Below, piece by piece: positions 60,836 through 64,000 of a stretch of DNA of 64,000 nucleotides. Origin of the DNA: an uncultured virus (IMG/VR IMGVR_UViG_3300042261_000615) (taxonomy: Duplodnaviria > Heunggongvirae > Uroviricota > Caudoviricetes). Position 1 is the stretch's first letter. Each line of letters opens with the position of its first letter. The translations under genes and the position numbers were made by a program. The stretch lies in IMG/VR virus record IMGVR_UViG_3300042261_000615; one strand, written 5' to 3'. The notes beneath the pieces were generated by a model that made no database searches, was not told where the DNA came from, and worked only from the letters and a program-made list of their open reading frames with translations.

Positions 60836-61636
60836 TCAATCGTTACTCCACTCAGATAAGATGGATTGTTTACATTCATTTGCAATATCGGAACTTGCAA
60901 AGTAGTTTCCAGTGATACGACGCCATTCCAACGCCTGTCTGGTAAGATTGGACCGTTCTTCAAAGTCACGACAAACGACACCTTCGGAGTTGATGAAGTA
61001 GTAAATAGTGGCTGTTTTCAATTCGGATTCGGTCATATCCGTAAATTGTTTTCCATTTTCAAACCGAACCGTATATCTATACCCTCCACCACGCAATACC
61101 GCTGATTTCACAATTCCCAACTGACCAGACTTCACAACGTATTCGCCACTAACGAATGTTTGTATGGGGACTGGTTTCAACAGTTTTTCGGGCATATCAT
61201 ACCATTCCGAACCCCCATGCGACCTGGATACGAAATCATACGAATGACCGGACCTCGAACTATGAAGATTGGTAATTACTACAACAGTATTGTCATAGAG
61301 GGCAAGTCCACCAATTTCAAAAATTGGGGTGGATTCGACGGGATACAATAAAAATTCCGGAACAGTATACACTTTACCAGAATTTGGATCCGTAATATTG
61401 TACGCATATCCCTTTTCGATGGGGATTACTTCACTGATGGTAAACGCATACGGATAATTGTCAACCCCGACGGGTTGTCCAATTTCGAACTTTGGTTCAT
61501 GCTGAGGTTCAAAAAATTTGGTGTTGGCGAAATCAATTGGTAGGGACTGCCACTCAGAATCATCGATAACCATTCCCCTTTTAATTCCCATAGACAACAA
61601 CGGTTCCGGAAACGACTGTAATACTAAATACTTCAT
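60836..61636 (-). CDS. Protein with three tandem SH3/KOW-like repeats
   Basis: Repeats PKFEIGQPV...VPEFLL, PIFEIGGLA...MPEKLL, TFVSGEYV...MTESEL; TATATTTG at 61684-61691. Confidence 0.6.
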   Translation of the reverse strand: MKYLVLQSFPEPLLSMGIKRGMVIDDSEWQSLPIDFANTKFFEPQHEPKFEIGQPVGVDNYPYAFTISEVIPIEKGYAYNITDPNSGKVYTVPEFLLYPVESTPIFEIGGLALYDNTVVVITNLHSSRSGHSYDFVSRSHGGSEWYDMPEKLLKPVPIQTFVSGEYVVKSGQLGIVKSAVLRGGGYRYTVRFENGKQFTDMTESELKTATIYYFINSEGVVCRDFEERSNLTRQALEWRRITGNYFASSDIANECKQSILSEWSND

Positions 61637-61747
61637 TTTTAATTTATTTAAGTGAATAATGTTTCATAACTATGTGAATACAACAAATATAATAAATAGT
61701 ATGGATTTTGCAGAATAATACGTATTATTTTTACGTTAAATTATTAC

Positions 61748-61942
61748 TTATACGAAATAATAAACTCCACCAGATTCATACACACCACGCCATCGACCGA
61801 CAACTTCGCCTTCAATAACCCAATGTCTAAATGTGGTGATACCACTTACAATACCTTTGTTAGTAATTGAACCAACAACTATTTTATTTTTTTCAATAGG
61901 GGATAGTAATGTACGAACTGTGTTACTCTCAATTGGTTTCAT
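61748..61942 (-). CDS. Hypothetical protein
   Basis: 64-aa ORF. Confidence 0.45.
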   Translation of the reverse strand: MKPIESNTVRTLLSPIEKNKIVVGSITNKGIVSGITTFRHWVIEGEVVGRWRGVYESGGVYYFV

Positions 61943-62047
61943 AACTTTAATTTAAGTGGGCATCTCTCAATCACATTGTAAATGTACACAAAAAAGCATG
62001 GATAAACAAGCCTTACATAGTTAAAGAATGTTAAATGATGTTAAAGT

Positions 62048-62626
62048 TTATTTGGAAGATACAAATCTACCCGTTTCATCAGTTTTCAATTTTCTATTTT
62101 TTAATTGCTGATATCGGTCATTATATAATGTAGTACCATCATCCAATCCATATCTATCAATAAACCAATGTAACGTAAATCTTCCTTTGGCTTTGGATTT
62201 CATTAAATTCATAGTTTCATCAGTATGAGTTTTACCATACATACCATTACTTTCACCTGAATTTATTTTTGTCATTTTATCAATCCACTCCGTATATTCA
62301 GTAGTTTCTTTTCTATCTTTCCACATATCACCGCCACCACCAACATAAGTATCATTATATCCGGTTTTAACGGAATTATAAGCTAAAATAAGTTGTTCTT
62401 CAATTTTTTGAGATTGGTCTGAATCAACTTCACATATAATCTCCTTTATCATATTATCCCAACCATATTTACGTATGGCTTTATGAATTGAATTTTTTGA
62501 ATGTTTAGTTAAAGCGTTACACTTATGTTCGTGCATTCTACCTATAAAATTATTAGTCCTACCAATATATACTTTCCCGATTGGAGATTGTATTTTATAA
62601 ATCACATCTTTATCCATAGAATTCAT
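62048..62626 (-). mobile_element. GIY-YIG homing endonuclease
   Basis: VIYKI..PIGKVYIGRT...R..EH, GYN, NUMOD3-like GESNGMYGKTHT. Confidence 0.85.
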
Positions 62627-62666
62627 TTTATATATATATAAAAAGAGTTTTATGATAAAAGAGCAT

Positions 62667-62694
62667 AAAAAAAAGGGAGATTTCTCTCCCTTTT
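62667..62694 (-). terminator. Terminator after the major capsid gene
   Basis: aaaagggaga...tctccctttt. Confidence 0.75.
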
Positions 62695-62716
62695 AGTTAT
62701 TTAGATTCGTTATAGA

Positions 62717-64000
62717 TTAAATCAAAGATAAATCTTTAACATAAATCTTACCATAATACTCAGGTCTGACCATCTTCTTAGCGTAACGAGTCATTACTCC
62801 GCGTCTTGGTGTGAAGTTTTGTGGGTCGTATACCAACGGAGTCATAATCAGCGGAACGTATGGAGCGTATACAGCGCCAGTTTCCAAGAAGTTGTTACCA
62901 CGGTAACCCATAAGGATTTCGTTAGAAGTCATATAAGGGTTCTTATATACGGTGTAACGATTGTTCATCGAACCGATTTGAGTAACACCAGCTGCGAATT
63001 GCAATGCATCCTTTTCAGCGTTCACCATGAAACCAGGGATGGATTCAAGGATAGTGCAAACATCAGGAGAAGCAACGATGAAGTTAGCACCACCACGAAG
63101 TGTCAATTGATGGATCTTGTTAGATACCTTATTCAATTTAACACCCAATGTTTGATACCAAGTATTCTTTTGGTAGTAAGGAGTAGTTGCTCCAGTAGAC
63201 CAAGTTCCGTTACCTTGATATTCTTGACCGATAGTTGCTGACCAATAATCGGTAGTCAAAGCGTTTGATTTCAACATGTCAAGGATTTCCAAATCAATTT
63301 CCAAAGAAATGTAATCACTCAACATAGAAGTCAATTCAGCTTCAGCGTCGATAGAGTGGTAAGCGTTCAAGTCTTGCGCAAGTTCAGGAGTCCATACGGC
63401 TTTCAACTTACGAGTCTTAGCAACGATGGCTTCAGACTTCATTTCCAAATCAATTTCTGGAATATCAAGAGGAGTAATAGTACTACCTTCAGACTTATCT
63501 TCAAAGTCACCACGGTTGTAAGCGGCAGGAACTTTACTGTAATAAACGCTTACGCTAGATGTAAGTGTATTAGCCATATTGGTAGATGCTGAAATAAACA
63601 TAGAAGCGCTCGACAACGTAGCGTTGTAGCTATTCAATCCGTTCAAATTAGTTGAGAACGTAGTACCTTCGGTACCTGATACGACGAAAGAACGAACAGT
63701 ATCCAAGTCAGGAGTAGTAAATACGCTGGTTGGGAAGGAAATTTTCTTAACTTCACCAGCAGCAACTGAAGCTGAAAGAGAACCGTTGAAACCGGTGTCA
63801 GCCCAAGATGCGGTAACGACGTTAGCCGACGTTACAGCCACAGTGGATTCGTTAGTTGAATAACTATAACGACCATCACCATAAAGACCGTTTACAGCAG
63901 CATCGGTACGACCAAACAAAGTTCCAGTACCCCCGAATAGAGATTTGCTTGCAAACAATGGGCTACCAGGTTGGTTAGTACCATATTTGAAGTCAAGATA
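62717..64000 (-). CDS. Major capsid protein, gp23-like (5' part outside the window)
   Basis: AKTRKLKAVWTPELAQDLNAYH.IDAEAEL, YAPYVPL, FTPRRGVMTRYA; frame open to the window edge. Confidence 0.96.
   Translation of the reverse strand, partial: YLDFKYGTNQPGSPLFASKSLFGGTGTLFGRTDAAVNGLYGDGRYSYSTNESTVAVTSANVVTASWADTGFNGSLSASVAAGEVKKISFPTSVFTTPDLDTVRSFVVSGTEGTTFSTNLNGLNSYNATLSSASMFISASTNMANTLTSSVSVYYSKVPAAYNRGDFEDKSEGSTITPLDIPEIDLEMKSEAIVAKTRKLKAVWTPELAQDLNAYHSIDAEAELTSMLSDYISLEIDLEILDMLKSNALTTDYWSATIGQEYQGNGTWSTGATTPYYQKNTWYQTLGVKLNKVSNKIHQLTLRGGANFIVASPDVCTILESIPGFMVNAEKDALQFAAGVTQIGSMNNRYTVYKNPYMTSNEILMGYRGNNFLETGAVYAPYVPLIMTPLVYDPQNFTPRRGVMTRYAKKMVRPEYYGKIYVKDLSLI

Overview
A 64-kb piece of a large, AT-rich, T4-like myovirus genome with every credible gene on the minus strand. 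Repeated TTTG-N19/20-TAnnTTTG promoters point to a Bacteroidota host. The left half holds replication and DNA-modification genes: family-B DNA polymerase, glycosyltransferase, three Mom-like GNAT enzymes, three DNA methyltransferases, thioredoxin, class II RNR, DnaB/gp41 helicase, 5'-3' exonuclease, RecA/UvsX, gp32-like SSB, a compact family-A polymerase and GroEL. The right half holds baseplate, tape measure, tube, sheath, neck, fibre and major capsid genes plus an island of small early-type genes. The main theme is genes in pieces around homing endonucleases, solved in at least five ways. (1) The helicase is in three pieces joined by two split inteins. (2) RecA has an atypical split intein followed five codons later by a group I intron. 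(3) The DNA polymerase is split with intein-like ends lacking catalytic residues, and its YIDTDS motif is broken by a TAG-ATG insertion beside competing RNA hairpins. (4) A methyltransferase is split with no intein or intron. (5) An HNH gene is nested in that methyltransferase in another frame while the host frame stays open. Also notable are six tandem small genes sharing an MKKS(Q/E)L leader (candidate capsid-targeting signal) and an aromatic C-terminal tail shared by the polymerase and the modification enzymes. All calls come from reading motifs by eye; no database searches were run.
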